Source: Octopus vulgaris (taxonomy: Eukaryota). Taken from it: a stretch of DNA of 64,000 bases. Positions 26,284 to 38,957 of this stretch are shown here, piece by piece (positions within the stretch are counted from its first letter, which is position 1; each line of letters begins with the position of its first letter). The stretch covers positions 31,434,001 to 31,498,000 of the forward strand of contig OX597831.1 in assembly GCA_951406725.2 (NCBI GenBank). Direction: 5' to 3'. The translations under genes were made by a program, and so were the position numbers. A model generated the notes under the pieces. It was not told where the DNA came from. It did not search any database and was given only the letters and a program-made list of their open reading frames with translations.

Positions 26284-27315
26284 TGCTAGAGCCTAATGCC
26301 AAACAAAGCCTTGTGAATAGATTTGGTAGACAGAAGCTGCTGAATGAATCAACCCCAGGCGTACTTTAATTTTTTGAAACCTTGTCCTTATTCTATTGGT
26401 CTCTCTTGCCAAACCACTAACTTACAGGAACATAAACACACTAACACTGGTTGCCAAGCAGTGGTGGATGACAAACACACACACACACACATATATACAT
26501 GCTGTGTGTGTGTGTGTGTGTGTACATATGCATATGAGCTTTTTTCAGCTTCTGTCTACCAAATCCACTCACAAGACTTTTGTCAGCTTGAGACTGTAGT
26601 AGAAGACACTTACCCAAGGTGCCATGCAGTGGGACCGAACCTGGAATGATGTGGTTGGGAAGCAAGCTTCTTATCATACAGCTACTTCTGCACCTATATA
26701 TATATATATATATATATATACATGCGCGCATGCATGCATACACACACATGCACACGCGCATCTCTTTTTCTGTGTCTATGCCTAAATGTAGCTGCGTATG
26801 TACTTATAGTCATTCATGTGTGTGTGTGTGAGTGCATGTACAGTTCAGTATGTGTGTGTGTATAGATATCTACTGAGTTGAGGAAGCCCACACTCGCATG
26901 CAAAGGGGTATCAGTTAGAAAGGAAAACTGACCATACCATAAAAACAGGTGGACAATAAATCTGATTCCAAAAGTTTGTAATCTTCACAGCTGACCAAAC
27001 AATAAACAACCATAAAATCTGTGAAATATAAAGCTTATTGACCAACCAACTGACCACCACAACTCCCCTAGCCAACCATTACTCTCTCACACACACACAC
27101 ACCTCTATCTTTTATCTTTTATTTGTTTCAGTCTTTGAACTGCAGCCCATGCTGGGGCACCACCTAAAATGGTTTAGCCAAACAAATTGAACCCCAGTTC
27201 TTATTTTTAACTCTCGTACTTTCTACCTATTTCTTTTGATGAACTGCTTAGTTTTGGGGTCACGAACAAATCAACACTGCATACCACTTGACAATCAACA
27301 TTGTCAAGTGGTATG

Positions 27316-27355
<40 letters not shown>

Positions 27356-27842
27356 GTGTGCTGGTGCCACATTTTTATTCAGTCAACTTTGTAAAGTGGT
27401 TGGCATTAGTAAGGCGATCCAGCTGTGAAAACCATGACAAAACAGACCCCACCAGCACTGGTGCCATGTACAGAGCATCCAGTCCACTCTATAAAGTGAT
27501 TGGTTTTTAGGAAGGGCATCCAACCATAAAAAAGCCTTACCAAAACAGACAGTGGGGCCTGGCGCAGTCCTCTGGCTTGCCAGCTTCTGTCAAGCCATCC
27601 ATCCCATAACTAGCATGGAAAGCAGAATTTAGATGATAATGATGATGACGACACACACACACACACACACACACATATGATGGGCTTCCACGCAGTTTCT
27701 CTCTTTCAAATTGATCAACCTGGAGCTATAGTAGAAGACACTTGCCTAAAGTGCCGTGCAGTGGGACCTAATCTGCAATCTCCAAACCACATGGTTGCAA
27801 AGTGAGCTTCTTAACCACACAGCCATGCCTTATATATATGTA

Positions 27843-28240
27843 GGCGTAGGAGTAGCTGTGTAGTAAGTAGCTTGCTTACCAACCACATGGTTCCAGGTTC
27901 AGTCCCACTGTGTGGCACCTTGGGCAAGTGTCTTGTCTTCTACTATAGCCTTGGGTTGACCAAACCCTTGTGAGTGGATTTGGTTGACAGAAACTGAAAG
28001 AAGCCCATCATACATATGTATATATATATGTGTGTTTGTGTGTCTATGTTTGTCCCCCTAACATCACTTGACAACCGATGCTGGTGTGTTTAAGTCCCCC
28101 ATAACTTAGCAGTTCGGCAAAAAGAGACCAATAGAATAAGTACTAGGCTTACAAAGGATAAGTCTTGGGGGTTGAATTTCTCGACTAAAGGTAATGCTCC
28201 AGCATGGCCACAGTCAAATAACTGAAGCAAGTAAAAGAGT
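27843..28240 (+). mobile_element. SINE family A, full length
   Basis: Complete head and tail. Confidence 0.9.
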
Positions 28241-28270
28241 ATATATATATATGTATATATATATATATAC

Positions 28271-28300
<30 letters not shown>

Positions 28301-28301
<1 letters not shown>

Positions 28302-29900
28302 AGGTTAATCCAAACGGGAAAACAGAAAAAACAACAACACGTGGAACAATTACAGTATTATTATTATTAGGCGCTCAGGAAAATGGAAGAAGGAGGGTAT
28401 GACATTTCGAGCGGAGCTCTTCGTCGGAAACATAAGAGAAAGAAAGAAAGATCCCGAGACGGGAGGACAGAGGAAAAAAAATTGCGGGTCGTCTTCACGA
28501 GGTCACATACTGAAAAGACGGAAGTAGTAAAAAAGGAGGAAAAGGTTTTTTAAAAACAGGAGAGCTGAATCAATGAGGGAATGGTAAAAAAGGTGTTGCG
28601 AGATGACGTGTGTGTGTGTGTGCGTGTGTGTGTGTATGTGTGTGTATGGTGGACAATGGCTAGTAGCAAGCAGTAGTAGAATTAAAGGAGTGGTGTGGGG
28701 GTACCCTAGCAAGTTAGAAAGGCAGGTCAGAAGCAGGGAGGTATGTGTGTGTGCGTGTGTATGTATGTGTGAGTGTGTGCGTGTGTGTATGTGTGTGTGA
28801 GGCGTGATAAAAAAACAGAAAATATGTATATGTTAGTGCGTGCGGGGCGGGAAAGGGTGGGGGCGTATGTAACGTGGAGTGGTAGTGTGTGTATATGTCC
28901 AGCGTGCGTAGTTGTGTGTGTGTGGCAAGTAAATTTGAAGTGTGTGTAAGTGTAATGTGTATATATATATGCAAATGTGTGTGTGTGAATGGGTGGGTGT
29001 ATGTGTGTGCGTGTGTGTACAAAAGGGGGGGGGGGAAAAAGAACTGCAGCGGGGGGGGGGGGAAGATGGAAGAGTGGTCCCGCGGCGACAGGCGTGGGAG
29101 AACCCAAAGACAACGCGCCGGCCCCAGATACGGACCGGAGATCCGGTCGGTCAACCATGAGCGTGGTGCAAGCGTGCGTGTATGCGTGCGCGAACGCGCA
29201 CAAGCGAGCATGTGCGCGCGCCTGCGATTGCGTGTGTGAGTATGTATGTGTGTGGATGTGTGAGTGTGTCTGTGTGTAAGTCTGAGTGTCAGTGTGTCCG
29301 ATGAATGTATGTAAGTATGTGTGTGTGTATAGATGTATGTGTGTGTGTGTGTGTATGAGTGTGTATGTATGTACGTGTGTGTGTGTGGAAGTGTGTGTAT
29401 GTGCATGTGTGTGCGCGAACATGCAGGTGTGTGTGTGTGTGTGTGTGTGTATGTGAGTGTGTGTGTAGGATGCATGTATGTGTATGGGTGTATGTATGTG
29501 TGTGTGTATGTATGTATGTGTACGTGTGTGCGTGCATGCATGCGTGTGTGTGTGTGTGTGTGTGCATGTGTGTAGGTATATATGTATGTATGTATGTGTG
29601 TGTATGTGCGTACATGTGTGTGTGTGTATGCATGTGTGTGTATGTAGGTGTGTAGGCGTGTGTGTATAGGTGTATGTATGTAAGTATATATGGGTGTGTC
29701 CGTGTATGTGTGTGTATGCATGTGTGTGTATGTAGGTGTGTAGGCGCGTGTGTGTGTGTGCGTGCATGTGTGCGTGTGCATGTATATGTTGGTGTGTGAG
29801 TGTATGGGTGTTTGTCATGCATGTGTGTGCGCGTGCAGGCGAGTGTATGTGTAAGTATGTGTGTGTGTGTGTATGTGTGAGTGTGTATGTGTGTATGTCT
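28301..29900 (-). mobile_element. Non-autonomous Penelope-like/retrozyme-like element, microsatellite-expanded, with a GC-rich island at 29040-29235
   Basis: Terminal segment repeated at 3706 and 6927, hammerhead-like motif at 28397-28431. The far boundary is uncertain. Confidence 0.45.
28397..28431 (-). ncRNA. Degenerate minimal type I hammerhead ribozyme
   Basis: Minus strand GTTT-CCGACGA-A-GAGC(TCC)GCTC-GAAAT-GTC-ATAC: stem II intact, GUC triplet, core deviates from CUGANGA at position 2. Confidence 0.5.
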
Positions 29901-31998
29901 GTATATATATACATATACGCACACACACACACACACACATACACACACACATCTCAGGGTTTCCCTCATTGTATTACTCTGATGAATTTTATATTGAATG
30001 AAACATGGCTAGTCTTGTAGGAGTTGTTATTTTAATTTAGCCATTGACGAAGGGAAATTTTATGTTTGCGTTATTCTTTCTTTGTAAGATTTTTCCTTTC
30101 TTATAATCCACTTATCTCAGCCGAAAGTCTAGCCACATTCTTTCTCTGTTTTCGCTTTGTCTTGTAATTCTCCAGTTATTGTCCAGCTCTGTAATTTTTA
30201 TGAGTTCATGTCTGGTTTTGGCTTTTGTTTTCATTGTTCTCTGCAAAATTTGTATGTATGTGTGTGTGTGTATATATACATGTGTGTATGTATTTGTATA
30301 TATGTATGTGCGTGTGAATATATTTGTATATATTTATTTGTATATATACATTTGTGTGTGTGTGTGTGTGTGTGTACATTATTCATTTTTGCTTGTTTTT
30401 CTTTTTTTCCGTGCTAGCATGGGTTGTATGAAAGTACCGTTGAGGCATTGTTCTAGTGCCAGATGCTCTTCCTGTTACTAACCCTTACCTATTTCTCAAG
30501 TAGAGGATCTCTTATTCCACGCCTCTTCAAACACAAAAAGCCAGCAGGCAATTTGCTATGAGGGAATGATACCACCACCATCATCATCCGTAGCTCAATG
30601 ATTTTTAGAGAAGTGCAAATGTTTAAACAAACGCTTAGATTTACATAGGTTAGGATTAGTAACAGGAAAGACATCTGGCTGTAAAACAGTCCTTGTTAAT
30701 ATATTCATCCAATCCTTGCCAGCATCAACATAGAGACAAAAGAATGGCTCCCAACGACATGGTTTTGGCGTTCAATCCTACTGCATGGCAACTTGGGCAA
30801 GAATCTTCTACTATAGCCTTAGGCCAACTAAAGCCTTGTGAGTGGATTTGGTAGAGGGGAAACTGAAAGACGTCCATCGTGTGTGTGTGTGTGTGTATGA
30901 GTTACTGTCTCCTGTCTTGACATCACATGACAGCTGTGAACAAGTGTCACTGTCGTGCATACAGTATCATTTATTTCCAATTTTCCATGAAAACATGTCT
31001 GGTTATGGAAATAAGCGAAGGTTGGAGACAGGAAGGACATCCAGCTGTAGAAAATCTACCTCACCAAATTCTGTCCAACTCATGTAAGCATAGAAAAGTG
31101 GATGTTGGGATGATGATAATGATGTGTTTATATACACTCTTCAAAATGGAGACAAGTACTAACATTTCCAAGTGGTTTGCATGAACAATTGTGAAGATCT
31201 CTTCACGTGAAACTATTGGTTGCCTTGTTATTCCACAAATGTGTGTGTGTGTGTGAGAGAAAAATAAGGATAGACACTAGTTTATATTATAGTTCCTGCT
31301 TGTGTTTCACCATTGTGGTAGTAGGTATTTCGAGTGCAATTAGAAGCACAACCATAATAGATCATCGGGGAACACTTTATTGCATTAAGTTACTGATAAC
31401 TGTGTCCAAAGTTGGAAAAATGGCAAGGAATTTTACAAGAGCTATACAGGGAGCAAACTGGATTATGATAATCTACATGGAGGTCTAACCATGACAGTAT
31501 CAGTCATATCTATCTGTACACATAATTTCTACTCTGTGTGTGTGTGTGTGCATGCATGCAGGCATATTTTAGTATTTGAACACTAATGAGTCTGCTCTAT
31601 CCAACGTGTACTCATATTTAGATTTTCCCATGCACACACACACATACATAAGTACTGTCGTATGCACACCTCTGCATAAACCACATGCACACATACACAC
31701 ACACACAGAGCTAAACAGAAGTGTGTCATACACCTCCAAGCAAAAAATTAGGGAGAATGTGTGCAGAATGAAAGAAAGGAAAGTAAGTTGAATCAATAAA
31801 ATATTCTGGAATATTCTGGAGAAAAGACGAAGGTGGAGGAGGGAGGAGGTTGAGTAATTTTGCTGCTTGTGGAGTTCAGATGGTGGTGGAGTTCAAATGG
31901 TAAAGGTGGTGGTGGTTGTGGTTGTGGTGGAGTAAGTTTACTTAGAATCAGCAGTGGGATGCATTTTTATATATATATTTTTTAAAAATACAATCAGG

Positions 31999-32405
31999 TG
32001 CAGGAGTGGCTGTGTGGTAAGTAGCTTGCTAACCAACCACATGGTTCCGGGTTCAGTCCCACTGCGTGGCATCTTGGGCAAGTGTCTTCTGCTATAGCCC
32101 CGGGCCGACCAATGCCTTGTGAGTGGATTTGGTAGATGGAAACTGAAAGAAGCCTGTCATATATATGTATATATATATATATGTGTATGTGTGTGTGTTT
32201 GTGTGTCTGTTTGTCCCCCTAGCATTGCTTGACAACCGATGCTGGTGTGTTTACGTCCCCGTCACTTAGCAGTTCGGCAAAAGAGACCGATAGAATAAGT
32301 ACTGGGCTTACAAAGAATAAGTCCCAGGGTCGATTTGCTCGAATAAAGGCAGTGCTCCAGCATGGCCGCAGTCAAATGACTGAAACAAGTAAAAGAGTAA
32401 AGAGA
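31999..32405 (+). mobile_element. SINE family A, full length, possible short AATCAG TSD
   Basis: Complete head and tail, with AATCAG on both flanks. Confidence 0.9.
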
Positions 32406-32820
32406 ATCAGTAATTATAGTTTTTTGTTTTTGTGTTGTTTTTAATTCTTACATTCTGGTTGCTGTTGATGCTGCTGTTTTTGTAGTTTAGCCCTGGGTCA
32501 GACTGGATCCAGGAGACTTATGGTCTGAAGCTAAGGTTACTATGTATCTTCAACCATAACTGATCCAATGTGTCCTTCACTCTGCAAGACTGCTGGTATG
32601 AATTGAGAGAGATTTAGGTGTTATTTCTAGCAGGATCAACAAGTGCTTAATGTTGTCCATTTGTAACAGCCTCAGGTCAGCCCATTCCTGCTGACCATCC
32701 CATTTTCTTTATTTGTACAATGGTACATCATTTAACATCTTCATTTTTTTAAAAGATGACATTTTATGATTTGAGAGTGATTCAGTTGTTATTTTTAGCA
32801 AGTTGAATAACCATCTACAT

Positions 32821-33094
32821 TAGTTGTCCTCAACCATTTTTTTTTACCTATGGACCCCTTTGATTTCTATTTTGCTCAGGTGGACCCCCATAGCCGTTCG
32901 TTCAATGCTTAAAAATCTTATGTTTTTATAATTAAATTTTATTAGGAATTGTATTAAAAAAATTATTTAAAATATTTTATACATTGTAGAAATGTGACCA
33001 ATTTATTAAGCATAAATTTTAACAACCTCTTACATAGAATCCTTAAGGGTCACATGGGACCCCTAAGGGCCATATGGACCCCACTTGACCACTG
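32821..33094. mobile_element. hAT MITE, second copy of the 23634 family
   Basis: Shares TGGACCCCC, TATTAGGAATTGTA, ACCAATTTATT and CATATGG.CCC. Decayed TIRs. Confidence 0.7.
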
Positions 33095-33463
33095 TTTTAA
33101 ATGTTCTATTATTGGTTCACTTGAATTTTCACTTTTTCTTTTTTTTTTGTGGTGATGTGGTATTTTTAACAATGTTCTACCTTAAACAAACAAAAGCACC
33201 CACCATAATATGGTGGGATGTCTTTAAATTTACAGAGAACAAGGCAACCTTACTAAGACAAGACTGAGGATACAATAAAGTATAGCAAGTTCCATGTAGT
33301 TTTTGATTGATTTTTGTTTTGTAGATCCTCTAAACCAGTGTGAGTAATGCTAATAATGTTCCTCTCAGATCTTTGTAAGTGAACACATTTGGAGACAGAT
33401 ATGAGCAGGAGTGGGAATCTTAGAAGGTTGATGTTCTGAAAAGGAACTGGGAAAAATGATCAA

Positions 33464-33795
33464 CCCCTTAGTATTCAAATTACTCCGTCAAATGTAATGC
33501 TTCTTTATTTCCCATTGTTTTGAATCAACCTTTACAACATGGCATTTTCTCTAGAATTGTTTCCCCTGCCACTGCTGTGTTACTACAAGGGAGAAAGCTC
33601 ATACATTGACTTGATGCACCTACAGTGTGCTAAAGATTAATCATGCATCATCTTTTAGCTTTGATATTTTGATGCTGTGATTACATATTTTGTGAATGGC
33701 ATTGTACAGTAGGTGTGAGAGGCTAGATCTGGCTGGTTGAACATAAGAGAAATAGAACATTTGGGCCAGTTATGGTTGGTTTCAATGCTAAAGGG
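33464..33795. mobile_element. TTAA MITE with a ~110-bp internal insertion
   Basis: CCCCTTAGTATTCAAATTACTC ... ATGCTAAAGGG-TTAA. Confidence 0.7.
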
Positions 33796-34459
33796 TTAAT
33801 GTAGAGCCTTGGGGTTGGAGTTGGACACAGCAAAGAGGATGAGAGAAACAGAGGCCATTCAAGAAGTGCTATAAAAAGCAGAGAGAGGAGACACAGCATG
33901 CTTAAGGTCCAGGGACTTGAGTATGCCTGTGGGTGACTTTGTTAGTTGTATGGCCCTTTTCTAGATGTGGTCAAGGATGTCTATGTGTATAACAAAAGCA
34001 ATATTGTCCTTGTTGCAAGAGCAATACTTTCTTGTAGACCTCACTGTCATTAATTGTCTGGGATTGAAGTTTCTTCTGGCTCAGAAGAAGAGAAGGGCCA
34101 CACATAGAATTTAGTCCTAGTTGTGTTAAGGAGATATCCCTGGTGCAAGACTCAACAAGTGGAGCAGTATTTCAGGACTTTCACTGAGTATTGCTTACGA
34201 TGTGGGGTGGAGTGTTATGATGACTTTTTCTTGATATGAATGGTATTTGTGATTATTTACTGTTGAGACACCACCAGCATATCCCCAGTGGAGATGCCTT
34301 TAACTTTTTTCAGGCTTTAAAAAAGTAGTGTGAATTGCATATGATTTAGCTGCTATTTCTCGAAGGTCAAACAACCATATAGAACCACATACAATCCACA
34401 CACAATGAATGTGCAGTCATTCATATACACACAACACACTCATAAATACCGTCATATTA

Positions 34460-34860
34460 AGACAGCGAGCTGGCAGAAACGTTAGCACGCCGGGCGAAAT
34501 GCTTAGCAGTATTTCATCTGCAGCTACTTTCTGAGTTCAAATTCTGCCAAGGTCAACTTTGCTTTTCATCCTTTCGGGGTTGATTAAATAAGTATCAGCT
34601 ATGCACTGGGGTTGATATAATTGACTTAATCCATTTGTCTGTCCTTGTTTGTCCCCTCTGTGTTTAGCCCCTTGTGGGTAGTAAAGAAATAGGTATTTTG
34701 TCTGTCTTTATGTTCTGAGTTCAAATTCCGCCAAGGTTGACTTTGCCTTTCATCCTTTTGGGGTCGATAAATTAAGTACCAGTTGTGTACTGGTTTGTTG
34801 ATCTAATCGACTGCCCCCCCTCCCCAAAAATTTCAGGCCTTCTTCCTAGAGTAGAAAATA
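34460..34860 (+). mobile_element. Dimeric family B SINE
   Basis: Two successive TTCTGAGTTCAAATTC.GCCAAGGT..ACTTTGC.TTTCATCCTTT.GGGGT cores at ~34530 and ~34713. Confidence 0.85.
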
Positions 34861-36373
34861 AAATTAAAATAAACACCCTCGTGTTCAGATTACTCTGTCA
34901 AATGTAATATTTATTCACACACATGATCTCATTGCTTTGAGGTTTCAAGTCTATGATTGTTTATTTTTAGAATGACATTGTTGTGTGGGTGTGAGAGACC
35001 AGATCTGACCAGTTTAAACATAAAGCTGTAGAGTTTTCAGGCCAGATGTGGCCAGTTTAAATGCTAACAGGTTAATCATAGATGTTTTTCCATATCGAAC
35101 TTTCTTCTATAGTCTATCAGCCTCATCTCGACTGGTTTTTTTCTAAATATAATTGTTTATTCATCTAAAACACAAATGGAAGGAGAAACCCCTTATCCAT
35201 GGTGCAAATTTTCCCCTCATTCACATTTCGAAACTCATGAAATTTAGTCCTCGATACTAAACAGTAATTAAATATAAATCACTTATGAATTTGTTAAATA
35301 TTTATTATTTTTCTCAGCACAAATGTACTACAGCTGCCTGCCCCATCCCCCCACTCCTTCACCTCCACTCATGGTACTGTTGTGCACTTGTGCCCCCCCC
35401 CTCCCCAGTAACCCACAATGCCCTACAGAGAAAGTGGGGGAGGGAAGAAGAGAGGGGAACGAGGACCATTGAGTATTAGTTCCACACTCAAGGAAAATAT
35501 ATTCAAAAAATGTCATTTTATATTTTATTTGTCTGTTGAATCCCAAGAGAAGAACTCAGCATATTTCTCCCTCACACACACGCACACACACTTGTTACTG
35601 ATCCATATTCACAGTAATCAAGTCTTACGCTCAACCTGGCAGAACAGAATTTTTTCTTCTTCTTGAAAGTCTTTCAATCGATCAGCTCCAGTTGAAGTTG
35701 GAGATTTGGATATTCACTAACGTATACATAAGAATATATATAGGTATAGATATATATATATATATATATATGATGTTTCAACCCCAATACATATTTCAAT
35801 ACTTATTTTATTGATCTCTATTCAAACTACTAAGTTACAAGACGTAAAAGAACAAACATAAAAACCCAGTGCTACACACACACACACACACACAGTTTAG
35901 ACTTGTTACTCAGAAGTTTCTACATCATGGACCCACTTCTGATAGGCTTCTATTTAATAAGTTCCTGGTCAAGTTGAGTATGCAGATGAAAACACTTGCC
36001 TAAGGTAGTTCATAGTTGGGACTTAACCACTTAATCATACCTGCATCATATACTTCTGTATACAACAAGCGCTTTAGATTTTGAATTTGGCCCCCTATCT
36101 TCCCCTGCTCGGTATCGTGAAATCTTTCACTGGACATAGGATATTTTAATTACAACAACCCATTATTATTGTCACCATCAACATTGCCCCTCGGGCATCA
36201 GGATTGAATGCAATATAAGTTCCAGAAGGATACAGACATTGGAATGAATCAATTATACAATCTTGCCTGTTCTGGCAATTAAAAAAACTAACGAAGGAAT
36301 TAATATTGCGCCCTCTTTGATATCAAATGCTATCGTCGTTTGTTGTGCAATGATATCCAAGAGCCTACATTCA

Positions 36374-36514
36374 ATGATGAGTCCACAGTCACAGCAGCTG
36401 TGTAGCATTCCAGAGGATGTCTTTCATAACTGCTTCTGTGTTCCTCAAAGAGACTGGCACTGGTGTGTTGATGAGGAGAGACCCTGCTTCAGGGAAAACA
36501 GACTTCAGTGTTGC
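36374..36514 (+). other. Candidate coding exon (MMSPQSQQLCSIPEDVFHNCFCVPQRDWHWCVDEERPCFRENRLQCC) ending at a GTAAGT donor
   Basis: Non-repetitive open frame that stops at a consensus donor at 36515 in phase 0. No homology recognised. Confidence 0.3.
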
Positions 36515-36790
36515 GTAAGTTGAGGTTTTTCCAAGATTTATGTTGCTGCTGCTTAACACGCATTGTTGTCCCAATGGTCATTACTTTCAATAAATACACA
36601 CACACACACGCATTCAAATATACACATATGTACTTATTTGTAAGTTTGAGTGTGTGTGTGTGTAATTACATATAGTAATATATAATTAAGCTAAATGCTC
36701 ATACATACATGCAAACTTTCAAAAATGCTCATTAGAAACACATATTTGTCTGTAAGTTTGTGTGTGTGTGCATATGTGTAATTACATATA

Positions 36791-37088
36791 TCTTTATATA
36801 TAAAAGTCAAGTTGTGTGTCTGTCTCCTACGATTTAGATTCCTAACTACTCCCACATTTTGCGGTGCAGTTTAACCAAAACTGGGTATCTTATAGTCGTG
36901 ATTCATATTGAGCCCTTCTGGGTATTAGCGCGCGTCTACGATGAGTCTACGATTTAAAAAAAAATTTACCATCATTTTTTTCCATTTTAATGCATTTTTT
37001 CGCTATTATATAAGGGAAGTAACTCTCTAAAAATGCTTATATAGTTATTTCCCTTACAAACCCGAGCAACGCCAGGCGATACTGCTAG
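36791..37088 (+). mobile_element. Complete non-autonomous Helitron (298 bp)
   Basis: A|TC start, subterminal hairpin CCCGAGCAACGCCAGG, CTAG|T end, inserted in an AT dinucleotide with no TSD. Confidence 0.92.
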
Positions 37089-37795
37089 TTACTAAATAAT
37101 TATACTGTCACACACACACACACACACACACACATTTATCATCACTTTCATTATTGCTTTGATGTTTGTCTTGGTATGAATTGGATGGTTCAACAAGATC
37201 CCAATGTATCAGAACTTTGTTGAGCTTCATGGCATTGTTTCGACAGCTGGATGCTCTTCCTAGCACTCACCATTCTACAGAGACGTATCTATAAATGCAT
37301 GTGTGTGTATGTATAGCACATTGTCTGTGTGCATTGTGTGAAACGTACAATCCTAAGAAACCTCTTTTGAGGACTTTGATGAGGGTGCAAATAGAAATAG
37401 TTGCTGTTTAGTCCCACTTCAGTACAGATTGAGTAGACCAATAATCAGAGACATTCCAGCTATGACCATTCCATTTGGTGTGTACAGGACAACATAATCC
37501 TGTATAGATTTAATTTTTATGATGTTAGAATGTGATTTGGAGGGAGATTTGGCTAGGATTTCTAGGGGACTTAGTAACCATGTAGAGCCTCATCTCTTCA
37601 GTGATCAAGGGTCACAAGAAGATTTTACTGGGAGTTTTTGATTCAATCAAAGGTGATGAGAAACCCCAGCCTATGTGTTGACAGGATTTATTTAGTTCCT
37701 GTTTGCTATCTTGATCAGTGGGTCATTATGAGGTCGTTGGGTCACACCTTACTGACCTTCATATTTACCATAGTCACACAGTTGTTTACACACAT

Positions 37796-37843
<48 letters not shown>

Positions 37844-38075
37844 GTATTTGTGCATACACACAGATGTCTGAAAATATACAAATTCTTTCATACAAACATG
37901 AGCATATAAACACTCCTAAAGGTACATCAGTGTACACACACACCCATAAACACACACACACACACATAGGAGAGAGATGTGAAAAAGACTGTCAGCTGAC
38001 TGATAATACATTGACATCAATGCATTCTTACTTTTTTCTAACTTGCAGATAAACATTTTTGCATAGTCTTTCTCT

Positions 38076-38114
<39 letters not shown>

Positions 38115-38563
38115 GCACACACACTCACTATTTCTCGTTATTACTAATCAACAGTTAACATTCCATCATGTCTTACTGTCAACATGTATGTGTACGTGTG
38201 TGATGCATGTATATGTATATGTACAAGCTTGTATGTGTGTGTGTGTGTGTGTATCATACATGCACGCAAACACTCCCTAGTTACTGCTACTCCGCAGTTT
38301 TCACTCCATCAGGTTTTTCTGTTGATGTGTGTACAGACATACACACACATCAACAGAAAAACGTGATGGAGTGAATACTGTACACACACACACAAAGTAT
38401 GTAGAGGTGCAGTCGCGGCTATGTAGTAAGAAGTTTGTTTCCCAACCACATGGTACTGGGTTCAGTCCCACTGTATGGCACCTTGGGCAAGTCTTCTGTT
38501 ATAACTTTGGGCTGAACAATGTCTTCTGAGTGGATTTTAATAAACATTTTAATTACTTTTGTT

Positions 38564-38602
<39 letters not shown>

Positions 38603-38689
38603 AATTCCTTACATCAGGAGACACTCTGTATGTGTATATATATATATATATATAGATAGATAGATAGATAGATATAATACATCCTGCCC

Positions 38690-38957
38690 CAACTGGCACC
38701 TGTATCAGTAGCACGTAAAGAGCACCATCCGAACGTAGCCAGTGCCAGTGCCGCCTGACTACCTCTCATGCTGGTGGCACGTAAAAAGCACCCACTACAC
38801 TCTTGGAGTGGTTGGTGTTAGGAAGGGCATCCAGCTGTAGATATATTGCCAGATCAGATTGGAGCCTGGTGCAGCCTACTGGCTTGTCAGTCCCCAGTCA
38901 AACTGTCCAACTCATGCCAGCATGGAAAACGGATGTTAAACAATGATAATGATGATG
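38690..38957 (+). mobile_element. Family C retroposon 3' region
   Basis: Matches 6640-6915, with a (GAT)-type tail. Confidence 0.8.

Noticed and set aside
28714-29969. Long His/Thr-rich ORFs (355, 407 and 226 aa)
   Set aside because: Translations of (CA)n/(TG)n microsatellite, open in several frames only because stops are lacking.
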